Below, in pieces: positions 9,611-18,573 of a DNA stretch of 57,089 bases (its first letter is position 1; each line of letters opens with the position of its first letter). Source of the stretch: an uncultured bacterium (GTDB lineage: Bacteria; Patescibacteriota; Minisyncoccia; Phycocordibacterales; CAIRYW01); assembly GCA_903882905.1 (NCBI GenBank), contig CAIRYW010000004.1, positions 115,117-172,205 of the forward strand, read 5' to 3'. The translations under genes were made by a program, and so were the position numbers. A model generated the notes under the pieces. That model did not search any database, was not told the origin of the DNA, and worked only from the letters and a program-made list of their open reading frames with translations.

Positions 9611-11446
9611 TTAAGTGGCCGATTCCAGTTCAGACATTTTTTTCTTTATTTCTATAGGTATATCAGATTCTAATACTTTAAAATCTCCTTTATCATCAAC
9701 TCTTCTTTCTATAAAAGATTTACAGTCGTCAAAAGATCCAAATTTATTAATCAAATTTTTTGCTCTTTCAAAAATAACCATATCTCCTTCTTCCTGTGCG
9801 TCTAGAGCAAAGCCATATAAAGACATCTGGTTATTTTTCATAGTATTTTTCCAAAATATTTCTTGTTCTTTTGAAGAAGCATTTTTAATACTATTTTTTG
9901 CTTCTTCGAGTCTTGCTTCTGCTTTATTGAGAAGTAATTCTGGAGTAATTGGAACAGCCTCTTTGATGCCGGCCTTTACTCTCAATTGATGAAAATGTAA
10001 ATGAAATTTAAGACTTTTATAACCATCTCTACCAAGACTTGGATATATATCTGTACTTCCTTTTTTATAAGCAGAGTAAAGAATACTTTCTCCAGTATCC
10101 GAAATTTTAAATGGTTTTTTTTCTACAACACTGGTAGCTAATCTAATTTTTTCTTCACTGGAAACATCTCTCTGTCCAGATAGAACAGTATCAATTGAAA
10201 GTTTCTCACCATCTGGTTCAAAAGCATTTTCTTTCTGTCGTTTTTTTCCGTTCTCTCCAATTTCAATTTTATTTAGAACATCAAAAGGATACAATTTGCC
10301 ATCCTTCAGTGCATAAATCGGTAAGTTAAATTCTTTGGCATATTTTTGCAATTCGGAAATATCAATCGTTTCAAAATCTGGATTAAATTGTGAGATATTA
10401 ATATATAGGCCAGCAACTTTTGGTTTCTCCACTACAATCTCATTATAACTGCCATATCGTCTTTCTTCTGCTGGAGTACCAATCGCCTTATTTAAATGTT
10501 TTGATATATTTTTTTGTATACTTGTTCTTTGAATTTGTTTAGTTTCTTTATCGTATTTTGCACTTCGGCTATACAATCCTTCGGCAACAGTTCCTGAATC
10601 CTCAGCATACGCACTTAAAACTGTACCTCCACCCAAAATAACACCAAAGGTATAGAAAGTTTCTACGTCATGCTGACCCTCTCTAATTACCGAAGCTGAA
10701 ATAGTTGGTTCTAAACCCATTATTAAGGATAATTTATCTTCAGTACTAAGTGATTCAGTATTAAAGGTTGGATTATTCATAGAGGTATTTCTGTTGGCTC
10801 TATATTTTGTTGGAACACCATGTAAAAAAATATCTCCATTTTCTCTAGACAAGGTTTCAACGTCTCTGATTTCGCTTTCGCCTTCAAAAGTAGATTTCAA
10901 ATCAGATTGCTCTGTATAGAATTTTTTTAATTTATCTTTTGCGTCTTCAAGAGACGATATATCCAAAATAACACTCTCGGTTTCACCGATAATTTTTAGT
11001 CTTTCCGCAATATCTTTTTCTAAGTCTTCTAATTTCTTTTTTTCTGGACTAATACCTAATTCCTGTTCAACTTCATTTCTACGAAACAAAGAAGAAATTC
11101 TAGACCATAATTGAGCTTTTTGTTTTTCAGCTTCAACTTCCCCCGCTTTAATTTTTTCTTCAATTTGTTCTTTTTCTTGTCTAAGGGTTTCGATTGTTTT
11201 CTCTTGTTCGGCAATTAAATTTTGACGGTCAGGATTCCCTTTTTCTTTTTTAAAATACTGAAAACGCAATTCTCTGATTTCATCAGCAATTTTTTGACGT
11301 CCTGATAAAGAATATCGCTTAGAAAATTCAACTAAGTCAGAATGGGTATCCTGTGACGAAAGATTTTCATTTTCTGGAGTTGGCTCAGTATTTGAATCTA
11401 TCTCCTCATATTCGCCCTCAATTAATGTAGAATCTAGATTTTTCAT
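9611..11446 (-). CDS. Hypothetical 611-aa protein, N-terminal coiled coil plus unknown globular C-terminal region
   Basis: Long uninterrupted ORF in the operon between guaB and prs. E/K-rich heptad-like N-terminal 190 aa. No motif I recognise. Confidence 0.7.
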   Translation of the reverse strand: MKNLDSTLIEGEYEEIDSNTEPTPENENLSSQDTHSDLVEFSKRYSLSGRQKIADEIRELRFQYFKKEKGNPDRQNLIAEQEKTIETLRQEKEQIEEKIKAGEVEAEKQKAQLWSRISSLFRRNEVEQELGISPEKKKLEDLEKDIAERLKIIGETESVILDISSLEDAKDKLKKFYTEQSDLKSTFEGESEIRDVETLSRENGDIFLHGVPTKYRANRNTSMNNPTFNTESLSTEDKLSLIMGLEPTISASVIREGQHDVETFYTFGVILGGGTVLSAYAEDSGTVAEGLYSRSAKYDKETKQIQRTSIQKNISKHLNKAIGTPAEERRYGSYNEIVVEKPKVAGLYINISQFNPDFETIDISELQKYAKEFNLPIYALKDGKLYPFDVLNKIEIGENGKKRQKENAFEPDGEKLSIDTVLSGQRDVSSEEKIRLATSVVEKKPFKISDTGESILYSAYKKGSTDIYPSLGRDGYKSLKFHLHFHQLRVKAGIKEAVPITPELLLNKAEARLEEAKNSIKNASSKEQEIFWKNTMKNNQMSLYGFALDAQEEGDMVIFERAKNLINKFGSFDDCKSFIERRVDDKGDFKVLESDIPIEIKKKMSELESAT

Positions 11447-11476
11447 GCATTTACATTATAGCAATGTATCAATGTT

Positions 11477-12349
11477 TTACCCTTTTACAATTGCATCCAA
11501 AATAAGGCCAGAAACATCCACGTTTGAGTCTTCTCTTTTTATACTGTTAGTTAAATATAATGATGAGTAAACAGTTAAAAGTCTTTTTATTCCTGAGACC
11601 AATACTCCGTGACTAATTAGAGCTATCACATCAGTTGCACCAAATTTTTTACATTCATCTGCAAACTTTGAGACAGTACCTCCAGTTTCAACGAGATCAT
11701 CAACTACACCAACAACTTTTCCTTTTACAACATTCTTAAAATCATCGTCACATTCAATACATATATCAAAAGAATTTTTTCTTTTCTTTTGTGTACCTTT
11801 TAAATTTGCTCTTCTTTGTGATCCAGCATCAGGAGCTAGAAAAACTGCATCTGGATATTTTGCCTGTGCTGCTTTTTTCAAAACTTCTACTGCAGAAACA
11901 TTCGTAATCGGATATTTCTCCACCCAATCTCGGCCAAAAAAATGTGCGTCTATTGCATAGATTCGCTTGACCTTATAATAATTACATAATTTTGAAACAA
12001 GATCTTCAGCTGCGTTTGTTTCGCCTGGATTACTTGCATGATCTTGCATACTGTATGGAAAATATGAAAAAAATACTTCAACTGTGGCCTTGGTTCTCGC
12101 TAAAACACTTAAAACCATCTGGAGTTCAACTAAACCCTTACTTGGACCAGACTGTCCTGAATGAACAACAACGACTCTCCAATCAATTTCTTTTACAGAA
12201 TCCGGCAAACGTACATAAACTTCGTCATCTGGAAAAAATCTTTGACCTTCTTTGTTTCCGAGTGGATATAAAATATCGTAATCATTTGGTAGTTTCATCA
12301 ACTTCACTAAGTGCTCGGCTCTGATGGTCGGAATGATTGTTGTTTTCAT
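11477..12349 (-). CDS. prs: Ribose-phosphate pyrophosphokinase (PRPP synthetase)
   Basis: 290 aa. FPDDEVYVRL, FFSYFPYSMQD and PRPP-binding loop VVGVVDDLVETGGT. Confidence 0.8.
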   Translation of the reverse strand: MKTTIIPTIRAEHLVKLMKLPNDYDILYPLGNKEGQRFFPDDEVYVRLPDSVKEIDWRVVVVHSGQSGPSKGLVELQMVLSVLARTKATVEVFFSYFPYSMQDHASNPGETNAAEDLVSKLCNYYKVKRIYAIDAHFFGRDWVEKYPITNVSAVEVLKKAAQAKYPDAVFLAPDAGSQRRANLKGTQKKRKNSFDICIECDDDFKNVVKGKVVGVVDDLVETGGTVSKFADECKKFGATDVIALISHGVLVSGIKRLLTVYSSLYLTNSIKREDSNVDVSGLILDAIVKG

Positions 12350-12460
12350 TTTTAATTTTTATTTATTTATTAAAATTATATTATCACGGTTCGAGAGCAT
12401 GACGAAATTATTTTGATTTTTTCTCAAAAAAAAGCTACAGTTATGAAGTTTTAAATACAT

Positions 12461-12531
12461 TGCGGGATCGTCTAATGGTAGGACTGCGGCTTTTGGAGCC
12501 GCGTATATTGTTTCGAGTCCAAGTCCCGCAG
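12461..12531 (+). tRNA. tRNA-Gln (anticodon TTG), T-stem imperfect
   Basis: Hand-folded. Acceptor tgcggga/tcccgca, D-arm gtct-aatggta-ggac, anticodon arm gcggc-ttTTGga-gccgc, T-loop ttcgagt. The T-stem attgt/ccaag has only 3 Watson-Crick pairs (53-61 is T-C), so it may be partly decayed. Confidence 0.6.
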
Positions 12532-12720
12532 TTTTTGAACGCAGTGAAAAACTGCGGGAAAGAAGCAAATAATTTTGCTTCTTTCATGGACTCGAAGCCC
12601 GATTGAGATAATTTATGAGGGACGAAATAAATTATCCAATTGCGGGTATTGAAGCTGTAAGCTTCGAGATTCCAAGTCCAGTATGAAAATTTTTAGTCGA
12701 GGAAGAGACTCCAAGTCCTA
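12525..12720 (+). repeat. tRNA-Gln 3' hairpin plus variant tRNA-linked element with T-arm-complementary and T-arm-like segments
   Basis: Hairpin cccgcagttttt/aaaaactgcggg starts inside the acceptor 3' strand. ggactcgaa (rc of T-loop ttcgagtcc) lies at 12588-12596. An 18-bp hairpin spans 12598-12646. Partial tRNA 3' copies are cttcgagattccaagtcc (12662-12679) and gactccaagtcc (12707-12718). Confidence 0.45.
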
Positions 12721-12798
12721 TAAAATTTTTATAAAAAATGCGATACCCTATTCGAGTATCGCTGTTAACGAACATTTACTTTGCAGAGACAGAGCGGG

Positions 12799-14736
12799 TC
12801 AGATTACACCCGCTTTTTGCAGCCTTGCTGCGAGCTTGACCATGACTCCGACGCTTCCGCCGTTTCGGATCTGTTCCTTCTGATGATCGGAGAGTTCGAA
12901 TTTCCAACCACAATCCTCACCGGCCCACTTCACTGCACCGTTTTCCCAGTCGATATTGACCGACCGCAGTTTCGAAGCAAAGAGGACGTTGATATGATTT
13001 TTTGGCATAACCACACAGAGCAGGCCGTTCGCGAACATGCTGTTGTAGAAGATGCGAGCAAAACTCGGTGCGATGACGCACCGAATGCCCGCGCCCTCAA
13101 GCGCCCAAGGCGCGTGTTCGCGTGAAGAGCCTGTGCCGAAGTTTTCTCCCGCCACTAGAATTTGGGAGCTGAAGAGCTTCGGTTTATCCTCCGGCGAAAC
13201 CGAAGAATCTTCCAAGCAGTGCTTACCGAACTCCGACTTCCTGGTCTCGTTCAGATACTTGGCTGGAATGATTTGGTCAGTGTCCACATTGGCATCTGGC
13301 AGGTAAAAAACGCTGCCTGAAAAATCCTTCACCTCGCCAACACTAAAAAGATGAAGAAGATTGCTGTAGTCAGGTTTTTGCGAAGGGATATCCTTCCAGT
13401 CACTACCGCAGGTTTGACCCCACGACGACACGCCGCCGATTTCATCAGCAACGTCCTTGCAAAGGCTGACTGATGGTTCCGATACCACTCCGTTGATCGC
13501 GGTATAGGCCGCAGTCGCAGGAGACACCAAATGAACCATACCGCTTTCGCCCATGCGTCCCGGGAAGTTTCGGTTTGTCGTCGAAACGCAAACCTCCCCC
13601 GGAGCGATGACACCGCAACTCATCCCAAGACAGGCCCCGCAATTCGGACCACTCACGAAACACCCCGCCTTGACGAAGGTTTCGAGGAGTCCTCTTTTGA
13701 GAGCCATCTCGTAGATATGCTGGGTAGCTGGAACAACAATGCAGCGGACACCGTCCGCAACCTTGCCGCCCTTCAGACGAAATACTGCTTCCGCGATGCG
13801 CAAATCTTCCAACCGGCCGTTTGTGCACGAACCGATGTAAACCTGATCGACGGGCTTTCCCGCCATTTTCGAAACAGGAACAACATCGCCCGGAGAATAG
13901 TTGTCAGTGATGACCGGAACCATTTCCGAAACGTCGATCTCGACCACCTGGTCATAAACCGCGCCTTCATCACTGTTCCAACGTTTCCAGTCGATGTTTT
14001 GATTCGGGGACAAGGATTTCATGTAATTGATCGTGGTTTGATCCACCATCATCATCCCCGACGTTGCACCTGCCTCGACTGCCATGTTGCTGATTGGCAT
14101 CCGAGCTTCCATGCTCATACCTTCGATGACTGAGCCACCGAATTCGAGCACTGCGTTGGCGGCACCTTTCACGCCGATTCTGTTGATCAAGGTGAGGATG
14201 AGGTCCTTCGAATAAACGTTTGCCGGCAGGGTGCCAACGAAATTTACGCGAATGACTTTTTGGGGAGGACAAATCCAAAGCCCGGTAATGATACCGTTCT
14301 CGAGGTCTGTTGTGCCAACCCCTGCCGCCAGAGCGCAGAAAGCGCCGTGTGTGCAAGTATGACTGTCTCCCATAATTCCCACCTCACCTGGACGAATCCA
14401 GCCCTTTTCTGGAATGATCGCATGGCAAATTCCGTTGCGTCCGACGTCGAGGAACTCGATTCCGTGTTTCTTACTCCAGTCACGGATGATTTTTCCTTGA
14501 ACCGCCGATGCCGTGTCTTTGGCCGGGTTGACATGATCGATCATGGCTTTGATTTTGTTAGGATCGAAAACTACGTCGACCCCGCGACCTTGTGCGTCGA
14601 GAATTGCGTTGGGAGTGGTGATTTCGTGGCACCAAACCCTGTCCAATCCGAGAACCACACCGCCGTCCGGCATGACCATTTTGCAATGGCTGTCGAGAAT
14701 TTTCTGAAACGCTGTTTTTGGATTTTTTTCTTTCAT
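12799..14736 (-). CDS. Aconitase-family dehydratase, fused LeuC-like large plus LeuD-like small subunit (3-isopropylmalate/homoaconitate dehydratase-like)
   Basis: 645 aa. GDSHTCTHGAF, GSCTNGRLEDL and STTNRNFPGRMG (Fe-S ligand regions), then the swivel domain GENFGTGSSREHAPWAL. The DNA is conspicuously GC-rich relative to the rest of the window. Confidence 0.85.
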   Translation of the reverse strand: MKEKNPKTAFQKILDSHCKMVMPDGGVVLGLDRVWCHEITTPNAILDAQGRGVDVVFDPNKIKAMIDHVNPAKDTASAVQGKIIRDWSKKHGIEFLDVGRNGICHAIIPEKGWIRPGEVGIMGDSHTCTHGAFCALAAGVGTTDLENGIITGLWICPPQKVIRVNFVGTLPANVYSKDLILTLINRIGVKGAANAVLEFGGSVIEGMSMEARMPISNMAVEAGATSGMMMVDQTTINYMKSLSPNQNIDWKRWNSDEGAVYDQVVEIDVSEMVPVITDNYSPGDVVPVSKMAGKPVDQVYIGSCTNGRLEDLRIAEAVFRLKGGKVADGVRCIVVPATQHIYEMALKRGLLETFVKAGCFVSGPNCGACLGMSCGVIAPGEVCVSTTNRNFPGRMGESGMVHLVSPATAAYTAINGVVSEPSVSLCKDVADEIGGVSSWGQTCGSDWKDIPSQKPDYSNLLHLFSVGEVKDFSGSVFYLPDANVDTDQIIPAKYLNETRKSEFGKHCLEDSSVSPEDKPKLFSSQILVAGENFGTGSSREHAPWALEGAGIRCVIAPSFARIFYNSMFANGLLCVVMPKNHINVLFASKLRSVNIDWENGAVKWAGEDCGWKFELSDHQKEQIRNGGSVGVMVKLAARLQKAGVI

Positions 14737-14928
14737 CTTAGTCTTTCTGTGTTTTGGCTCTGCTGAGCCGTTGTTATGTCAATGAGTAAAACCTAGGAAT
14801 TTCCCAAATTTTTTCTCTATTTCCGTTAGCTACATTACAAGGAATCTAATATTCCGTCAATTATAAAAGCAAAGTATTTATTACCCATTAATATGCTTTT
14901 GATGTAGAATGAGACAAACAGGTCCAAA

Positions 14929-15219
14929 ATGTTCGATAAAAAACATGCGCAGTATGCAGATATTATTCACCGCCTAATCAGGGACAAGTTTCAGGAAAAC
15001 ATGAGACAAGTTTTCTTTGATGATGAATCTCCATGGGCAGGTGAAACTCAACATTTCAGTGGGATCACAGATCCAGGAACAGATTTTTCGGGTGGCATGG
15101 TTTTAGCTGAGGACGACACAGCTCGGATCATCACGACCATTCAAATTGTGGTCGGAAAACGAAAAGGTTCCTTTGAGTATCGCCCGGGGTTATTAGTGGA
15201 AAATTTTTTCCCTTACTGA
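14929..15219 (+). CDS. Hypothetical 96-aa protein (part of GC-elevated island)
   Basis: Only an ORF with intermediate GC. No recognisable motif. Confidence 0.35.
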   Translation: MFDKKHAQYADIIHRLIRDKFQENMRQVFFDDESPWAGETQHFSGITDPGTDFSGGMVLAEDDTARIITTIQIVVGKRKGSFEYRPGLLVENFFPY

Positions 15220-15280
15220 CCCCATTTTTTATATAGATTTAAACTAAGCTAATCGCAAAAAAATCAAAATTTATATGAGA

Positions 15281-16063
15281 CTAAAATTCAAAGCCAGTTT
15301 CTACCTCGTTTGGCCTCCACGCAGGTTTTTCATCATCAATGTTATTTTGTGTAAATGGTTTAACTCCTGTAGACGTTCCAGTTGGTCCCACTAAATACAA
15401 TCTTCGATTTTCATTATTAAAAAAAACTTTTTCCTCACCATTAAGCATTTTGGGTCCGGAAATTACAACTGGTTCAAATCCAAAAACAGACCTTACTTGT
15501 TCTGAAAGAACTTTTATTGATTCCTCGTACTCGTCTTGTACAACCCCGTCACGATATGTATTATTGTTAATTTTTATTACTCTGATTATGTAGCTCCCAC
15601 CCACAATAACTATATCAATTGTTCCTTCTGTGCATCTGGATTTTAATTCGTCAAGTGACTCAACTAGCGCACGTGAGGTGCTTTCTTTATATTGTTTTAA
15701 GGATCTAGGATTTTGATGTGTGAGAAATGAAATATTTTTTCCAGTTTCTTTCTCCATACCAACTGCAACAACACCAGTACAATTGGCATATTCAAAAGAT
15801 TTTTTGTTTCTGTCATCAATTGGGGAAATAATACAAATACCGGATGCAATAACTTTAAATCCTTTCTTTTCTAATTCATCACTATACTCACCATACTTAA
15901 CATCAAGAGAATTGGAAGGGTCTTCAAATTCCTTAACAAAATCATTTTGTAATAACCCAAACTCTTCATCAGAAATTACACATCCTATTATAGGCTGCAC
16001 ACCTTCATTTAAATGCTCAGATTTTAAAGAGTTTATTTCTTCTTTCGGATTTTCTAGATTCAT
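15281..16063 (-). CDS. Hypothetical 260-aa protein
   Basis: The ORF starts 4 nt downstream of the dnaX stop, so it is probably co-transcribed. No secure motif. Confidence 0.6.
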   Translation of the reverse strand: MNLENPKEEINSLKSEHLNEGVQPIIGCVISDEEFGLLQNDFVKEFEDPSNSLDVKYGEYSDELEKKGFKVIASGICIISPIDDRNKKSFEYANCTGVVAVGMEKETGKNISFLTHQNPRSLKQYKESTSRALVESLDELKSRCTEGTIDIVIVGGSYIIRVIKINNNTYRDGVVQDEYEESIKVLSEQVRSVFGFEPVVISGPKMLNGEEKVFFNNENRRLYLVGPTGTSTGVKPFTQNNIDDEKPAWRPNEVETGFEF

Positions 16064-16066
16064 ATA

Positions 16067-17092
16067 TTAACTGAGGTTTATAGCAAACAATTCTAAAGAA
16101 AGTTCCGGAATAAACGAGCGTTCTGATTCCATCACTGCTAAAAGCAATTTTCGGAGGACTTCACTGTTCCATTGCATTTCTTTTGAACCAGCACATTCTT
16201 TTATAAATTTAATTCTTTCTTCTGAATAACGATGATTTAAATTTTGCTCATACGTTGGAGAAAATTTTATCAAAACAATATCTCTAATTTTTTCAAGCGC
16301 TAGCTTTCCAAAAAGTTCCATATTCATATTGCTTTCTTTTGCCTCATTTAAAACCTTAAGAGTATTATCAACTTCCTTCTTCCCTACTGAAACAATAAAT
16401 TTTTCAATTAAGGATTCTTTTGGAGTTCCTAAGGATTTTTCAGTGTCACCGAGTTTTATTACTTTTGTGGAAATTGAGCTGATTATTTTTTGAAGTGCTC
16501 CAATTGCATCGCGAAATGAACCGCCTGCAATAAGTGAAATTAAATCAGCTGAATCTTCCTCTATTTCAAAACCTTCTTTTTTTGCAATTTTACTAACGAC
16601 TTTTGAAAGAATAATTCTTGTTGGTTTTTTGAATTCACATATCTGACAACGCGACTGAATTGTTTCAGGAATTTTTTCTAGTTCAGTTGTAGCTAAAATA
16701 AAAATGACATGCTTTGGTGGCTCCTCTAAAGTCTTCAAAAGTGCGTTCCACGCTTCACGAGTAAGCATGTGAGCTTCATCAATTAAATAAACTTTTTTTG
16801 GTGAAGAAAAAGGCAGTGTTTCAATTGTTTCTCGAAGCGCTCTAATATCATCAATTCCTCTGTTTGAGGCAGCATCTATTTCATACAAATCATCATCAGT
16901 TGTGCCTAATTCCCTCGCAAAAATTCTAGCAACTGAAGTTTTGCCCGTTCCACGAGAACCTGCAAAAATATATGCATGCGAAATTCTTTCTTCTGAAATT
17001 GAATTTGTAAGTAGCGAAACAACTTCGTCTTGATTAATTACTTCACTAAATTTTTGCGGTCGATATTTTCGATAAAGTGTTTCGTGGTTCAT
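16067..17092 (-). CDS. dnaX: DNA polymerase III gamma/tau subunit (short form)
   Basis: 341 aa. Walker A GSRGTGKTS, Walker B/DEAH-like IDEAHML, sensor SRCQ. Confidence 0.92.
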   Translation of the reverse strand: MNHETLYRKYRPQKFSEVINQDEVVSLLTNSISEERISHAYIFAGSRGTGKTSVARIFARELGTTDDDLYEIDAASNRGIDDIRALRETIETLPFSSPKKVYLIDEAHMLTREAWNALLKTLEEPPKHVIFILATTELEKIPETIQSRCQICEFKKPTRIILSKVVSKIAKKEGFEIEEDSADLISLIAGGSFRDAIGALQKIISSISTKVIKLGDTEKSLGTPKESLIEKFIVSVGKKEVDNTLKVLNEAKESNMNMELFGKLALEKIRDIVLIKFSPTYEQNLNHRYSEERIKFIKECAGSKEMQWNSEVLRKLLLAVMESERSFIPELSLELFAINLS

Positions 17093-17146
17093 ATCTGAAT
17101 TATAGCTTAATTGGAGTATAAATAAAAAAATATTTTTGGGTAGATT

Positions 17147-17413
17147 AAAAGGCGGAATCCGAAGTGGACACCGCCTTTTGAGAAAATTTTGGCCATACCT
17201 GGGCGCTAGTATTTCGGTAAAACACTAACCGAACTAGCGCCCAGGCTCTCCTTGGCCGAAACAAAACAAAAAAAGTCTAGCGACTCAAACCTATAGATCA
17301 AGTCTAAAGAAGGTAAGATCATAGAAAGTAGAACGATCTGGGATGCCCTAATGGGGGTTAGCTACCCCCAGATCGCCCCTCGGGAGGGAAATTTGGGACT
17401 TTTTTGTTTTGTT
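17147..17413. ncRNA. Unclassified structured intergenic region (candidate ncRNA) between dus and dnaX
   Basis: The 368-nt non-coding gap is much larger than other gaps here. It contains:
- a terminator-like hairpin 17147-17179 (aaaaggcgg...ccgcctttt);
- a 67-nt imperfect long hairpin 17191-17257 (ggccatacctgggcgctag.../...ctagcgcccagg..ttggcc);
- a 17-bp long-range helix 17260-17277/17397-17413 enclosing GC-rich hairpins (tgggggttagctaccccca, ccctcgggaggg). Confidence 0.4.
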
Positions 17414-17460
17414 GAAGAACAACTTGTTTTTTCAACATACTATACAAAATTATAAAAATG

Positions 17461-18483
17461 TCAATTACCTTTATTTATGAAATCCTTAATTATTTTTTCA
17501 ACCTCCTTAGAGTTCTCTGTTTGCATGAGTTTTTCTCGTAGTTCCTTTGCATTTTCAAAATCTGAAACATAGGCCTTAAAATGCTTCTTCATCACTGCAA
17601 AATTTTTAAAACCGGTTAATTTTTTTTCAAATAGTTTTGTGTGCTCAATGAGAATCATAAGACGATGTCTTATGATTGAGTTTCGAGTTATGAGTTTCGA
17701 GTTATGAGATTTAATTCCTAGATCCTCTTCTTTTTGCTTCGTAAAAAGAAGAGGATTTCCAAAAATCGCACGCCCGAGCATTACTCCGTCACAACCTGTT
17801 TGGTTTACTTTTTCTTTTGCTTCGTCTAAATCTTTTACATCTCCATTACCAAAAATTAAAGTTTCATATTTTCCTTCGTCTCTTATTTCAACTGCCCTTT
17901 TTACAAATTCCCATCTTGCGGGCACATCAGACATTTCCTTTCTAGTTCTTGCATGAACGGTAATTAGAGCAGGTTTTTCTTCTAAAAGAATTGGTAACCA
18001 AGTTTCAAGCTCAACTTTGTTGTAACCGATTCTCGTCTTAACTGATACTGGAATTTTTCCAGCTCCTCTTTTTGCTGCACGAATAATTTCTCTTGCTAAT
18101 TCAGGGTTCTTCATCATTGCAGCACCAGCTTTTTGCTTTTCGATACTCTTGTCTGGACAACCCATATTTATATCTACTCCATCAAAACCAAGTTTTGCAC
18201 AAAGTCGAGATGCTTCCTCAATATACTCAGGCTTTGATCCGAAAATTTGAGCCACGATTGGATGTTCTTTTTTTTCAAACTCCAAATCTTTTAAAAGCTT
18301 TTTTTTACCTTTTTCAGGTGCAAGACAAAGTCCGTCCGCAGAAACAAATTCTGTCCACATAACATCGGGTTTGCTGTATTTTGCAATTAGCGCTCTGAAT
18401 GCACTATCAGTAACATCAGCCATCGGTGCCAATACAAAAATAGGCTTTTTGAGTTCTTTCCAAAAATTCTGTGTTTTTTTCAT
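17461..18483 (-). CDS. dus: tRNA-dihydrouridine synthase
   Basis: 340 aa. LAPMADVTDSAFR, DINMGCP, and a TIM-barrel FMN site plus C-terminal helical domain. Confidence 0.9.
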   Translation of the reverse strand: MKKTQNFWKELKKPIFVLAPMADVTDSAFRALIAKYSKPDVMWTEFVSADGLCLAPEKGKKKLLKDLEFEKKEHPIVAQIFGSKPEYIEEASRLCAKLGFDGVDINMGCPDKSIEKQKAGAAMMKNPELAREIIRAAKRGAGKIPVSVKTRIGYNKVELETWLPILLEEKPALITVHARTRKEMSDVPARWEFVKRAVEIRDEGKYETLIFGNGDVKDLDEAKEKVNQTGCDGVMLGRAIFGNPLLFTKQKEEDLGIKSHNSKLITRNSIIRHRLMILIEHTKLFEKKLTGFKNFAVMKKHFKAYVSDFENAKELREKLMQTENSKEVEKIIKDFINKGN

Positions 18484-18522
18484 TATTATGAATCTACACT
18501 ATTTTTGCTAAACAAGAAACAG

Positions 18523-18562
18523 GAGGACCGACCTCCTTAAATCTTCAAGGAGGTCGGTCCTC
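18523..18562 (-). terminator. GC-rich perfect 16-bp hairpin downstream of the dac gene
   Basis: gaggaccgacctcctt / aaggaggtcggtcctc inverted repeat in the 90-nt gap after the stop at 18574. Confidence 0.6.
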
Positions 18563-18573
18563 ATCCGCATTTC

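Noticed and set aside
12781-14766. Many long overlapping ORFs in all frames (e.g. 13531..14133+, 14260..14766+, 13445..13828-, 13970..14356-, 12781..13125+).
   Set aside because: They all lie inside or antisense to the 645-aa dehydratase gene. High GC suppresses stop codons, their translations are Arg/Pro/Ala-rich nonsense, and only the 12799..14736 frame shows aconitase-family motifs.
17147-17413. SRP RNA (ffs), expected upstream of dnaX.
   Set aside because: I could not find the conserved helix-8 signature (GNRA tetraloop flanked by AGCA/GGAA-type symmetric loop) on either strand. It is kept only as an unclassified candidate ncRNA.
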